NCBI GenBank assembly: GCA_944320495.1
Contig: CALUHR010000013.1
Span: 290,687 to 354,686 of the forward strand
Direction: 5' to 3'
Length of the DNA stretch: 64,000 nt
From: Candidatus Methanomethylophilaceae archaeon
GTDB taxonomy: Archaea > Thermoplasmatota > Thermoplasmata > Methanomassiliicoccales > Methanomethylophilaceae
Under the pieces are notes generated by a model. It searched no databases. It worked only from the letters and a program-made list of their open reading frames with translations, and had not been told where the DNA came from. A program made the translations under genes and the position numbers. Positions 12,477-25,944 of this stretch are shown here, piece after piece (positions within the stretch are counted from its first letter, which is position 1; every line of letters begins with the position of its first letter).

Positions 12477-12526
12477 GTCCCGGGCATCGGCGATTCCACA
12501 TATAATGCGTCGACCATCCGGGTGCC

Positions 12527-13342
12527 ATGAGATTCGGACCGGCAGGTTACCCCTCGGCGGGCAAGACCCCCGAGAAGGCGCTGGAGTACACCCGGGGCCT
12601 GGGCCTGGACGCCCTGGAGGTTGAGTTCGTCCGCGGGGCCCGCATCAAGCCCGAGAGGGCGGACGAGATCGGCGCCAAGGCGAGGGAGCTGGACATAAGG
12701 CTCAGCTGCCATGCGCCCTACTTCATCAGCTTCAACTCCGAGAGCCAGGAGACCAGGGACAAGAGCATCGACTGGGTCATGGGCACCGTGCGCGCGGCCC
12801 ACCACCTTGGCGCTTACATCATCGTGATCCACGCCGCGTCGTACGGGAAGTCCCCGGACACCGCGCTGCAGTCTGTCGTCGACGGTCTCTCCAGGTGCAG
12901 GGACCTGATGGACGACGAGGGCATCCACGACGTCATACTGGGCGTGGAGACCATGGGCAAGACCGGCCAGTTCGGCACTCTCGACGAGATCGGCAAGGTC
13001 ATGGAGCAGGTGGACGGGGTCCGCCCGGTGCTCGACGTGGCGCACGTCCACGCCCGCGGCAGGGGCTGCCTCAGGACCGAGGACGACATGAGGTCGCTGG
13101 TCGACCAGTTCTTCGGCCTCTGCGGGGACATAGCGCACTTCCACATCAGCTGCATCAAGTACGGCGACAAGGGGGAGATATCACACCTGCCCCTGGAGAC
13201 CAAGGAGCCGGACCTGCAGATCCTGGCGGACATCCTGGAGGATTCGAGGCAGGACTGCACGTTCATCTGCGAGTCCCCGCTCATCGAGAAGGACGCGGTC
13301 GTGTTCAGGGACATGTTCCCGAGGTACAGGGTGAGCCCATGA
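12527..13342 (+). CDS. Endonuclease IV-like TIM-barrel AP endonuclease
   Basis: SCHAPYFI, ETMGK..QFG, LDVAHVHAR, HFHIS, ICESP motifs. Confidence 0.85.
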   Translation: MRFGPAGYPSAGKTPEKALEYTRGLGLDALEVEFVRGARIKPERADEIGAKARELDIRLSCHAPYFISFNSESQETRDKSIDWVMGTVRAAHHLGAYIIVIHAASYGKSPDTALQSVVDGLSRCRDLMDDEGIHDVILGVETMGKTGQFGTLDEIGKVMEQVDGVRPVLDVAHVHARGRGCLRTEDDMRSLVDQFFGLCGDIAHFHISCIKYGDKGEISHLPLETKEPDLQILADILEDSRQDCTFICESPLIEKDAVVFRDMFPRYRVSP

Positions 13343-14310
13343 AGGCGGGGAACGCATCGATCATGGCAGTGGCCGCCGTCGTTGCGGCGGCCTGCCTCCT
13401 GTTCTCTTGGGCGTATCTCGACGATTCCGTATCAGACGACGATGCTGAGCGGGGGACCTTCGACGGCACGTGGTATCCCGTGTACGAGAGCAGCGTCGGG
13501 GACGATGTCGTGATCTCGGAGCCCGAGATGCTCTTCGCGACCGACAACGGCCATGTCGTCACCCTCACGGACGGCGAGTCGACCCTGGAGTACGTCAAGA
13601 TATCCGACCGCGAGGCCGTGGGCTCCAGCTACGCATCACAGCTGTATCTGGAGGACGGTGTGCTGTACATGGTCTACATCTCCGCGGACCCCGACATTCC
13701 GGGCATGCTCTACATCGCGATGAGCCAGGACCCGGATGCGGATGTGGGTCTCGCGGAACCGGACCTTATAGGCCTCTCGTGGGACGTCGAGGTCCGCAGC
13801 ACCAATGGGGACGATGTCCGCGATGCGAGGGCCGGCAATATCGAGATCACGGACCACACGGACAGGATCGCCAGCGGCACCGTCTCGGTCGAGGACTCCG
13901 GCAGCAAGCAGTTCTCCGCCTTCGTCAAAGAGGGGGCCGACAGGACGGTCCTGGTCGGGTACATGGGGGACTCCGCGGACTGCAGGCTGTTCAGTTGCGT
14001 CATCGAGGGCGGGGAGGTCATGCTCTCCACCATAGGGGACGACCCCATGACCGGCATCGCCAGCTTCGCCTCGTCCTCCGTATTCCCGGAGACACCCTCC
14101 GGGCACATGGCCGTCGAGACGTCCGAAGGCGTCCTCGATGTGGCCGTCGCCGGCGACCGCGGGCTGTTCACGATGGACCTGGGGGCCTTCGGCGTGCCCG
14201 GCGTCCTGACATGGTCCCTCGAGGGGGAGTACGTCCTGTCCGGATCCGGATCGCTGGCACTCTGGAACGGCGACGGATACTCGCTGGTCGTCAACAACAT
14301 GGTCCGCTGA
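13339..14310 (+). CDS. Hypothetical secreted or membrane-anchored acidic beta-rich protein
   Basis: ATGA overlap with the upstream gene, hydrophobic N-terminus, host-like codon usage. Confidence 0.65.
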   Translation: MKAGNASIMAVAAVVAAACLLFSWAYLDDSVSDDDAERGTFDGTWYPVYESSVGDDVVISEPEMLFATDNGHVVTLTDGESTLEYVKISDREAVGSSYASQLYLEDGVLYMVYISADPDIPGMLYIAMSQDPDADVGLAEPDLIGLSWDVEVRSTNGDDVRDARAGNIEITDHTDRIASGTVSVEDSGSKQFSAFVKEGADRTVLVGYMGDSADCRLFSCVIEGGEVMLSTIGDDPMTGIASFASSSVFPETPSGHMAVETSEGVLDVAVAGDRGLFTMDLGAFGVPGVLTWSLEGEYVLSGSGSLALWNGDGYSLVVNNMVR

Positions 14311-14346
14311 CCGCCCGGCGGGCCATCCGCCCGTCCGGGTCAACCA

Positions 14347-14354
14347 TTTTTATA
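14347..14354 (+). promoter_or_regulatory. TATA box of tRNA-Thr
   Basis: TTTTTATA about 26 nt upstream of the tRNA. Confidence 0.55.
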
Positions 14355-14379
14355 GGGGGATTCTTTCCCCACATCCATT

Positions 14380-14454
14380 GCCACTGTGGCTCAGCGGTAG
14401 AGCGGCGGTTTCGTAAACCGTAGGCCGGGGGTTCGATCCCCTCCAGTGGCTCCA
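14380..14454 (+). tRNA. tRNA-Thr(CGT), CCA encoded
   Basis: Acceptor GCCACTG/CAGTGGC, anticodon arm GCGGT-TTCGTAA-ACCGT, GGTTCGATCCC T-loop. Confidence 0.95.
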
Positions 14455-14566
14455 TCCATCTTCTGATTCATCGGTCATAGGTTCGCTCGGCACTCCCGTC
14501 ATCCGATGCGCCGATCCGGAGCCCATCGCTGCGAACCTTAAATCCGGTCCCGCGGTGTGACGCGGT

Positions 14567-15022
14567 ATGAAGCTCGCAGAGGCATTGAAGCTCAGAGCCG
14601 ACCTCAACACGCGTCTCAGCAGGTTGAAGGTCAGGCTGGTCGCCAATTCTAAGGTGCAGGAGGGGGACTCGCCGAGCGAGGACCCGGGGGAGCTCCTCAC
14701 CGAGCTCGACGAGGTCACCGGACAGCTGGAGGAGCTCATCTGGAGGATCAACACCACCAACAGCAGGACCGTCGACGCCGAGGGGAGGACGCTGACGCAG
14801 CTCATCGCGAGACGCGACGTCCTCATGCTGAAGGAGGGCGCCCTGAGGGACCTCCTCAACAGTGCCAGCAACAGGATAGACAGATACTCCCGCAACGAGA
14901 TCGCGATCCACAGCACCGTGGACGTCCGCGAGCTCAGGCGCAGGGCCGACGCCCTGTCGGCGGAGATCAGGAGGACCGACAACACGATCCAGGAGCTCAA
15001 CTGGACGACGGAACTCGAGTGA
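14567..15022 (+). CDS. DIP1984-family (septicolysin-like) coiled-coil protein
   Basis: MKLAEALKLRADL, QEGDSPSEDP, IQELNWTTEL signature. Confidence 0.88.
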   Translation: MKLAEALKLRADLNTRLSRLKVRLVANSKVQEGDSPSEDPGELLTELDEVTGQLEELIWRINTTNSRTVDAEGRTLTQLIARRDVLMLKEGALRDLLNSASNRIDRYSRNEIAIHSTVDVRELRRRADALSAEIRRTDNTIQELNWTTELE

Positions 15023-15217
15023 TGCGGGCAGGTAGTCCACGGGGCGGACGCAGAACCGCCGCGGGTTGAAGCGGACGTGATGCTATGTCACAGGTGGTGC
15101 CGAGGGATGGCAGTCTCAACCGTTGTTCCCGGATCGTCACAAGCGCACGGCTCACCGTTATCGTTACCACCATGCGTCGACCGTAGGACGAGGGCGGGTG
15201 AGGGGAACCCGCATCAC
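15019..15217 (+). ncRNA. Candidate structured RNA directly 3' of the DIP1984 gene
   Basis: 10-bp closing stem GTGATGCGGG/CCCGCATCAC enclosing several nested stems; folded by hand only. Confidence 0.45.
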
Positions 15218-15226
15218 ATCACGATC

Positions 15227-16528
15227 TCAGCAGTCCTCGCGCTTCCCGTCGTCGTCCTTCCTCATGTAGGTGTTGACGATCTTGATGGCGCAGACGTCGC
15301 CGCACATGGAGCAGCCCTCGCTCTCCTCGGTGCAGCCCCTGCAGCGGTACCTGCGGGCCTTCTCCTCGTCGATGCAGGTGTCGAACATGGTGTTCCAGTC
15401 CAGCGCCTTCCTCGCACGGGCCATCCTCGTGTCCCTCTCGCGGCCGATGCCCCTGCAGAGGTCCCCGACATGGGCGGCGATCTTCGATGCGATGACGCCC
15501 TCCCTGACGTCGTCGACGTCGGGGAGTGAAAGGTGCTCCGCAGGCGTGAGGTAGCAGAGGAAGTCGGCGCCGTTCTGGGCCGCCACGGCCCCGCCGATGG
15601 CGCCCACGATGTGGTCGTATCCGGGCGCGATGTCGGTCACAAGCGGCCCTAGGACGTAGAACGGGGCGCCGTGGCACATGCGCTTCTCCAGCTGCATGTT
15701 CATGGCCACCTGGTCCAGGGGCACGTGCCCGGGCCCCTCGACCATGGTCTGGACGCCCGCCTCGCGGGCCCTCTCGACGAGGTGCCCAAGGGTCATGAGC
15801 TCGCTGATCTGCGCCTGGTCGGATGCGTCGTCTATGCACCCGGGCCTGAACCCGTCGCCGAGCGAGAGGGTGAACTCGTACTTCCTGGCCATCTCCAGGA
15901 GGTAGTCGTAGTTCCTGTAGAGGGGGTTCTCCTCGTCGTTGTGGAGGATCCACGCGGTGAGGAAGGACCCGCCCCTGGAGACGACGTCGGTGATCCTGGG
16001 GGATTTGCTGAGCCACTTGACGGTCTCCCTGGTGATGCCGCAGTGGACGGTCATGAAGTCCATACCGTCCTTGGCGTGCCTCTCGATGCCGTTGAAGATG
16101 TCGTCCTCGGTCATCTCGACGACCGCGTTCCTCCTCGCCGCTGTCAGACCGGTCTGGTAGATAGGGACGGAGCCCATCATCACGGGGCACTCCCCCAGGA
16201 GCCTGGCCCTGATGGCGTCGACGTCCCCACCGGTGCTGAGGTCCATCACGGCGTCCGCGCCGTACTTCAGCGCGACCTGCAGCTTCTGGAGCTCCGCGTC
16301 CAGGTCGACGATGTCCCTGGATGTGCCGAGGTTCACGTTGATCTTGACGGACAGCCCCTCGCCTATCGCGGCCGGTTCGGGGTCGTGGACGGGGTTGTGG
16401 GGCGCGCAGATGCGTCCGGAGGCGATGCCCCTGCAGATGAACTCGGGGCTGACACCCTCCCTCTCGGCAATGCTCCTCATCAGAGGGGTGATCTCCCCTC
16501 TGCGGGCGGTCTCCATGATGGTGCTCAT
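15227..16528 (-). CDS. thiC: Phosphomethylpyrimidine synthase ThiC (a Bza paralog cannot be excluded)
   Basis: KINVNLGTS, MDLSTGGD, SRGGS, SLGDGFRPG, EGPGH, C-terminal CSMCGDVC. Confidence 0.9.
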   Translation of the reverse strand: MSTIMETARRGEITPLMRSIAEREGVSPEFICRGIASGRICAPHNPVHDPEPAAIGEGLSVKINVNLGTSRDIVDLDAELQKLQVALKYGADAVMDLSTGGDVDAIRARLLGECPVMMGSVPIYQTGLTAARRNAVVEMTEDDIFNGIERHAKDGMDFMTVHCGITRETVKWLSKSPRITDVVSRGGSFLTAWILHNDEENPLYRNYDYLLEMARKYEFTLSLGDGFRPGCIDDASDQAQISELMTLGHLVERAREAGVQTMVEGPGHVPLDQVAMNMQLEKRMCHGAPFYVLGPLVTDIAPGYDHIVGAIGGAVAAQNGADFLCYLTPAEHLSLPDVDDVREGVIASKIAAHVGDLCRGIGRERDTRMARARKALDWNTMFDTCIDEEKARRYRCRGCTEESEGCSMCGDVCAIKIVNTYMRKDDDGKREDC

Positions 16529-16609
16529 TTGGAATCGGCCCTCCGCATCGTTCCATCAGCGTTAATAGTCACCGTATCGTAGGGCGTCGTCACGTTCGAT
16601 CCGACGTTC

Positions 16610-16996
16610 ATGTTTTGCCTGATATGTTGTGTTCCGCCGTCACTCAGGCGTATATGGTGGGTGCTGGTGTCTCTGGACCAGCTTTATCACGGCTCGAACT
16701 GGGCGATGATGTACGGCAACATCGGCATACTGAACCAGATGTTCCTGGAATTCCTCGTCGCCACGGTGTACTCCGAGATCCAGAGGGTCCTGGCGGAGAA
16801 CGGGATCGATATGAGCGCCCGGGATGCGATCTATGCGGCATCCCAGGTGGAACTCGTCATGACGCTCGCCGGAAACCTCAGGAGCGGTGTGGACAGGAGT
16901 GCGGACAGGATAATGCGGGCGTTTGGTATAGACGTCTTCGCGATTCTCTCATCCGAGCTCGTCAGGAAGGTCGACACGTACAGATCCGCATCGTGA
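16610..16996 (+). pseudogene. Possible C-terminal remnant of an IS1634/IS4-like transposase
   Basis: FLEFLVATVYSEIQRVL...S..DAI resembles the tail of DDE transposases; no DDE core or terminal repeats seen; judged by eye. Confidence 0.35.
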
Positions 16997-17043
16997 ACCA
17001 TCCTTTCAATCCGTCCGAGGTCCATGACTGATGTCGCATAATA

Positions 17044-17072
17044 ACGCGCACGCGCACGCGCGTATTATATAG
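17044..17072 (+). promoter_or_regulatory. gyrBA promoter: 22-nt alternating purine-pyrimidine tract abutting a TATA box
   Basis: ACGCGCACGCGCACGCGCGTAT followed by TATATAG; ATG at 17094. Confidence 0.6.
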
Positions 17073-21504
<4,432 letters not shown>

Positions 21505-21511
21505 CCCCTTC

Positions 21512-21536
21512 GGGCCCGGGCAGGACGCCCGGGCCC
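21512..21536 (+). terminator. GC hairpin after gyrA
   Basis: GGGCCCGGGC/GCCCGGGCCC 10-bp stem, 5-nt loop; no U-tract. Confidence 0.45.
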
Positions 21537-21577
21537 ACAAAAGTCTTATATCCAGGTTGTCGCTAAGGGCGAATCAC

Positions 21578-21653
21578 GCCGTGGTAACTCAGTTGGGAGA
21601 GTGCAAGACTGAAGATCTTGAAGTCGCTGGTTCGAGCCCGGCTCACGGCACCA
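21578..21653 (+). tRNA. tRNA-Phe(GAA), CCA encoded
   Basis: Acceptor GCCGTGG/TCACGGC, anticodon arm CAAGA-CTGAAGA-TCTTG; TTATATC at 21546-21552 upstream. Confidence 0.95.
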
Positions 21654-21689
21654 TGACTTTTCTTCCACCCCATCTCAGGAGGTCCCCCT

Positions 21690-21848
21690 ATGGAGCCAGA
21701 CAGGATCTTCATCGACATCAAGACGTGCGACATGACCCTCTCGCAGGTCATGCTCGAGATCGCGCGCCTTCAGTCGGAGAATCCGGAGTACGAGATCTTC
21801 ATGGACGGGGACCGCTACGCCATCGTGGGGCGCAGGAGGATCGGACGA
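21690..21848 (+). CDS. Small hypothetical protein (52 aa)
   Basis: GGAGG upstream; ends in CGA overlapping the next ATG (CGATG); standard-code end is TAG at 21872. Confidence 0.6.
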
Positions 21849-22390
21849 TGGGACGCGGAAGGATCACGATAGGACTCTACAACTCGTACGACCAGAACTT
21901 CAGGGAGCCCCACAGGCGCGTCATAGCCCGCGCGGGGGACCTCGCGAGGGCGTATGACATGGGCCTCGCACTCTTCGGCTTCCCGATCCCGGAGGATGCC
22001 CGCACGCCCATGCAGATCGCGGAATGGGTGGCAGGGACCACCAGCATCGGCGGCCACGGGAAGAACTTCCTGGAGATGGCGGAGTCCGGCAGGTTCAACT
22101 GCTTCCCATATCCAGGGAAGGGCTTCCCTCCCCAGCTGGGGGAGGTGGTCCTCACCACCTGCAGACCGGACCCGAAGAGGCAACTCTCGCTCGGGCAGGT
22201 GGCCGAGATGGTCGAGGGCGGCCAGAGCATCACGCTCCTGTTCGGCATAGGCCCTCACGGCGTCCCCAAGGACGTCATGAGGATCCCCCGCTACAACCTC
22301 GACATCACCCCCGGGGGCTTCTCGCTGGAGACCGCCACCGCGCTGGGGGCGGTCACCGGAGCGCTGGCATCGAGGCTCGGGATGATCTGA
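21848..22390 (+). CDS. DUF531-family (SPOUT-like) protein
   Basis: TIGLYNSYD..F.EPHRRVIARA, FGIGPHG, SLETATALG. Confidence 0.8.
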   Translation: MGRGRITIGLYNSYDQNFREPHRRVIARAGDLARAYDMGLALFGFPIPEDARTPMQIAEWVAGTTSIGGHGKNFLEMAESGRFNCFPYPGKGFPPQLGEVVLTTCRPDPKRQLSLGQVAEMVEGGQSITLLFGIGPHGVPKDVMRIPRYNLDITPGGFSLETATALGAVTGALASRLGMI

Positions 22391-23272
22391 GGACTCGAGT
22401 CTTTCCAACGAGTAGTCCAGGATCTTCTCCTTGCGGGCTGAGAGGATGGTCATGTAGAACTCCTTCTGGAGGTCCCCTATCTCCTCGCAGCTGTCAATTG
22501 TCCCATAGATGACATCCATGTCGATTCTGGGCAGGATGCGGATCAACGCTTCGTTGCATTCGGGATTCGACAGCGATGAGATGTATTCGAAGTAATTGAT
22601 CTTCTTATTGCCCATCTGGATTGCGGAATTGGGCCAAACGAACACTCTGTTGTCGATTTCACGCGGATCGTCGAGGACCTTCCTGTAGTCCGAGACTCTC
22701 AGCTGCGGGAACAGGCACGATCCGCAGTCGAATATCGGAGCAATCGTCGCAGTCTGTCTGTCATCATCGATGAGGAATCCCCAGTTTCCGTTGTGCCTGT
22801 CGAAGTTGCCGAGGAACGCATCGCAGATGAACATGTCCCAGAAGAACGATTTCAGCACGCTGTGGTCTATCCAATGCTGTTCCATGATGGCCGCATCGAT
22901 ATCATCGAGCTCGGTCCCGTATCCGCTCTCGCTCGTCTGGATGCATGTGTTCTTCAGCGAACCGAAATCCGCGAATCTCAATCCGCCCTCGGTGAAATCC
23001 CTGCAGGCGACGACAGTCTTCGACACCCCGCGATCATCGACGAATCTGCCTAGCAGGGTCTCCTGGGCGTTCACGCCCATCCCGCGAAGGACCTGGCAGC
23101 AGATATGCTCGGATATGCAGCTGTTGGCGTACTCTCCCTCGCCCCTCGATTTGGCCCTGGGAGGGAATTTCAGCATGTACTGGTGACCATCGTATCTGAC
23201 CGAGATCTTTTGGCCGTTCGCGCCGTTGAACGTCTTGAACGGATTGCGCGGGCAATCGGTGAAATCAATCAT
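22370..23272 (-). CDS. HipA-like/CtkA-family Ser/Thr kinase, copy 1 (300 aa)
   Basis: GANGQK, YMLKFPP, NFDRHNGNWG, FDCGSCLFPQ; CGA at 22370-22372 (standard code runs on to 21815). Confidence 0.85.
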
Positions 23273-23714
23273 CTCCGTCACCGATCCCGAGATACTTGGC
23301 ACGCAGGTATGCGGCCTGTCCTTCGCTGATTCTCCCGCAGTGGAGGTTCCAGTTGATGGATCCGTACAGTTCATCGAGGAAGCAATCCAGGTGCAGGCAG
23401 CCGTCTTCACATTCCACCAGGTCTCTGATGGCGGTCTCCAGGTCGGGAGGGAGGTTGACCTCCAGATATGATTGGTCCCTCGGAGTTCCGTTGTTGCGGG
23501 TGATGACGCCGGTCTCCAGGTCCATCACCTCCTCTACGGGCATGTCCAACGCATCGGCCAGGCGACTGACCGTCCTGGCGGAGCAGTTCTGCAGAGATGT
23601 CTTCCCCGTGCATATGTTGGAAAGCGTGGACCACGGTATCCCACTCGTCTTGGCCAACCTGTATCTCGTCAGGCCCTTCTCGGCCATGACGTCCGACAGC
23701 GTCCTCCCGCTCAT
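23265..23714 (-). CDS. XRE-HTH protein with a conserved helical C-domain; putative antitoxin
   Basis: GLTRYRLAKTSGIPWSTLSNI HTH; LPPD..ELYG.IN..LR.KYL domain; ATGATTGA overlap with kinase 1. Confidence 0.8.
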   Translation of the reverse strand: MSGRTLSDVMAEKGLTRYRLAKTSGIPWSTLSNICTGKTSLQNCSARTVSRLADALDMPVEEVMDLETGVITRNNGTPRDQSYLEVNLPPDLETAIRDLVECEDGCLHLDCFLDELYGSINWNLHCGRISEGQAAYLRAKYLGIGDGDD

Positions 23715-23755
23715 GGTGATGTATCATATCACCGATATATCAGTGTGCCGACACA

Positions 23756-24664
23756 TCGTCCCTTGTGCTCGAGCAGGTCCATGGCCCTGTCGATGATGCC
23801 GGTCTTGCGGGCGTAGATCATCGTGTAGTAGAACTGGCGCTGGACCTCGGACAGGCCCGGAGTCTCCGCGATGATCCTGCCAATCTTATCCATGTTGATG
23901 CGGCCACTCATGTAGGCGAGGGCGGCGTCGCACTCCGCATTGTCGATGGAGGTGATGTAATCGTAGTAGTTGATCCTGGCGCGGTTGATCATGAGGGTGG
24001 ACTTGGGGAACAGGCGTACCCTGTCGTCGATCTCGTAGGGTCTGTTCAGCACCTTCTCCATCCTGTCCTCCGTGACCTGCGGGAACAGGCACGAGCCGCA
24101 GTCGTAGACCGGGGCGATGTCCGCGTGCTTGTTGACCTCGTCCACCAGGATCCCCCAGTTGCCGTTGTGGCGGTCGAAGTTGGCCAGGAGGGCGTCCCCG
24201 ATGAACTGCCTCCAGAAGAAGGACCTCAATCTGTCCGGGACGATCAGGCGCTGCTCGTCGATGGCGTTCATGATCGAGTTCAGGTCGGTGTTGTAGCCGT
24301 TGAGGTCGTCGTCGAGGCAGGTGTTCTTCAGATGCGCGAACTCGATGAGGGTCTTCCCGATATCGGCGGCGAAGTCCCTGCAGGCGACCACGTTGCTGGT
24401 GTTTCCGCTCTGGTCGGTGTAGGTGCCCAGCAGGGTCTCCTGGGCGTCCATGCCCATGGACTGGAAGACGTGGCACGCCAGGTACTCGGTGATGTGCGAG
24501 TTGACGTAGCTCAGGTCGGCAATCTTCCCGGGCTTCGGGGGGAACTTGAGCATGTAGCCGTGTCCCTGGTAGAATATGCTAATCTTGTTCCCGTTGGCTC
24601 CGCCGTATGCGCGGTAGTCGTTCCTCTCGCAGTCGCTGAAATCGATCAGGTCCATAGTCGTCAT
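23756..24664 (-). CDS. HipA-like/CtkA-family kinase, copy 2 (302 aa)
   Basis: GANGNK, YMLKFPP, NFDRHNGNWG, YDCGSCLFPQ; CGA at 23756-23758 (standard-code end 23729). Confidence 0.85.
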
Positions 24665-24890
24665 CTTCGTTGAAGAGATACTTCCGCCGGAGTCTGGCCG
24701 CGGCCTCGGGGGACAGGGCTCCGCCCCATTGGTTGGCGTTTATCGCGCCGTACAGCTCCCCCCAGAGGCAGTCCAGGAGGGGCGATCCGCTCTTCAGGCC
24801 CTCGACGTACTCCTTGATGGCGAGGGCCACATCCGGGGGCAGGTCCCGTTCGGGACCCGGGGGCTCATCCCCGCGCTCAGTAGTGGTCAT
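24642..24890 (-). CDS. HTH-less homolog of the putative antitoxin C-domain (82 aa)
   Basis: LPPDVALAI..LLDCLWGELYGAIN..LRRKYL aligns with 23265-23714; CGA at 24642-24644 (standard-code end 24579). Confidence 0.7.
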
Positions 24891-25893
24891 ACAGCACGTT
24901 CTCTGTCTCCAGAAGGACGCCTTCGCCCTTCTCCACGCGTCCGACGATCTTGGCGTTGCGGTTCTCCGCGGCGATGGCCTCGGCCTCGTCGGCCGGGGCG
25001 ATGATTGTGAATCCCATGCTCATGTTGAGGGTCTGGTAGATCTCCTCGGTCGTGATGTCGCCCAGCTCCTGCAGGGCGGTGAACACGGGTGCGGGTTCGA
25101 TGGGGTCGTCGATGACGTATCTCAGTCCCTTCCTCATCCTGAGGATGTTCCTGAGTCCTCCGCCGGTGATGTCCACCAGTCCGTGGACCTCGTGCGAGCG
25201 GGTGATGCCGAGGACCTGCCTGACGTAGATCTCGGTGGGGGTGAGGAGCTCCTCGCCGATCGTCTTGGAAAGACCCTTGACGTGGTCCGTGAGGGCGATG
25301 CCGTTGGCCTCGACGACCTTGCGGGCGAGCGTGAGCCCGTTCGAGTGGATGCCCGAGGATTCCAGTCCGATGATGAGGTCGCCCTCGGCGCAGGTCTCGC
25401 CTGTGATGATCCTGTCCTTCTCCACGTATCCCATGCAGGTGCCGGACAGGTCCACGCCGTTGATGATCTCCGGGAGGACGGCGATCTCCCCGCCGACGAT
25501 CTCCATGTCGGAGAGCTCCGCGCCCTTCTGCAGGCCCTTGCCGATCTCCTCGGTGATCTCCGGCTTGGGCTCGTCGATCGCGATGTAGTCCACGAAGGAG
25601 GTGGGCTCCGCATTGACGCAGATGGTGTCGTTGACGTTCATGGCGATGCAGTCGATGCCGACGGTGTCCCATTTGTTCAGGGCCTCGGCGATGAGGAGCT
25701 TGGATCCCACGCCGTCCGTGGCCATCGTGATGTACCTGTCACCGAAGTCCACGAGGCTCGCGAAGAGTCCCGGCAGGCGGACCGCCTGTCCGATGCCTGA
25801 CCTCTTGTAGCTGACCTCGTCCACGAGGGCTCTGATCGCCTCGGATTTCTGGTCGATGTTCACTCCGGATTTGGCGTAGGTCCATCCGCTCAT
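24877..25893 (-). CDS. purM: Phosphoribosylformylglycinamidine cyclo-ligase
   Basis: TYAKSGV, TDGVGSK, SSGIHSNG, DITGGG, LNMSMG. Confidence 0.95.
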   Translation of the reverse strand: MSGWTYAKSGVNIDQKSEAIRALVDEVSYKRSGIGQAVRLPGLFASLVDFGDRYITMATDGVGSKLLIAEALNKWDTVGIDCIAMNVNDTICVNAEPTSFVDYIAIDEPKPEITEEIGKGLQKGAELSDMEIVGGEIAVLPEIINGVDLSGTCMGYVEKDRIITGETCAEGDLIIGLESSGIHSNGLTLARKVVEANGIALTDHVKGLSKTIGEELLTPTEIYVRQVLGITRSHEVHGLVDITGGGLRNILRMRKGLRYVIDDPIEPAPVFTALQELGDITTEEIYQTLNMSMGFTIIAPADEAEAIAAENRNAKIVGRVEKGEGVLLETENVLYDHY

Positions 25894-25944
25894 CTGGCTA
25901 TCCTCGGCCTTAAGAACGGAACACATGGTTAATTAGGGTTGTTC

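Noticed and set aside
16529-16700. TPP riboswitch upstream of thiC
   Set aside because: No TGAGA or ACCTG...AGGGA core found on the minus strand.
21815-23410. 531-aa kinase ORF
   Set aside because: The N-extension overlaps the HTH gene and the C-extension is antisense DUF531 after CGA 22370.
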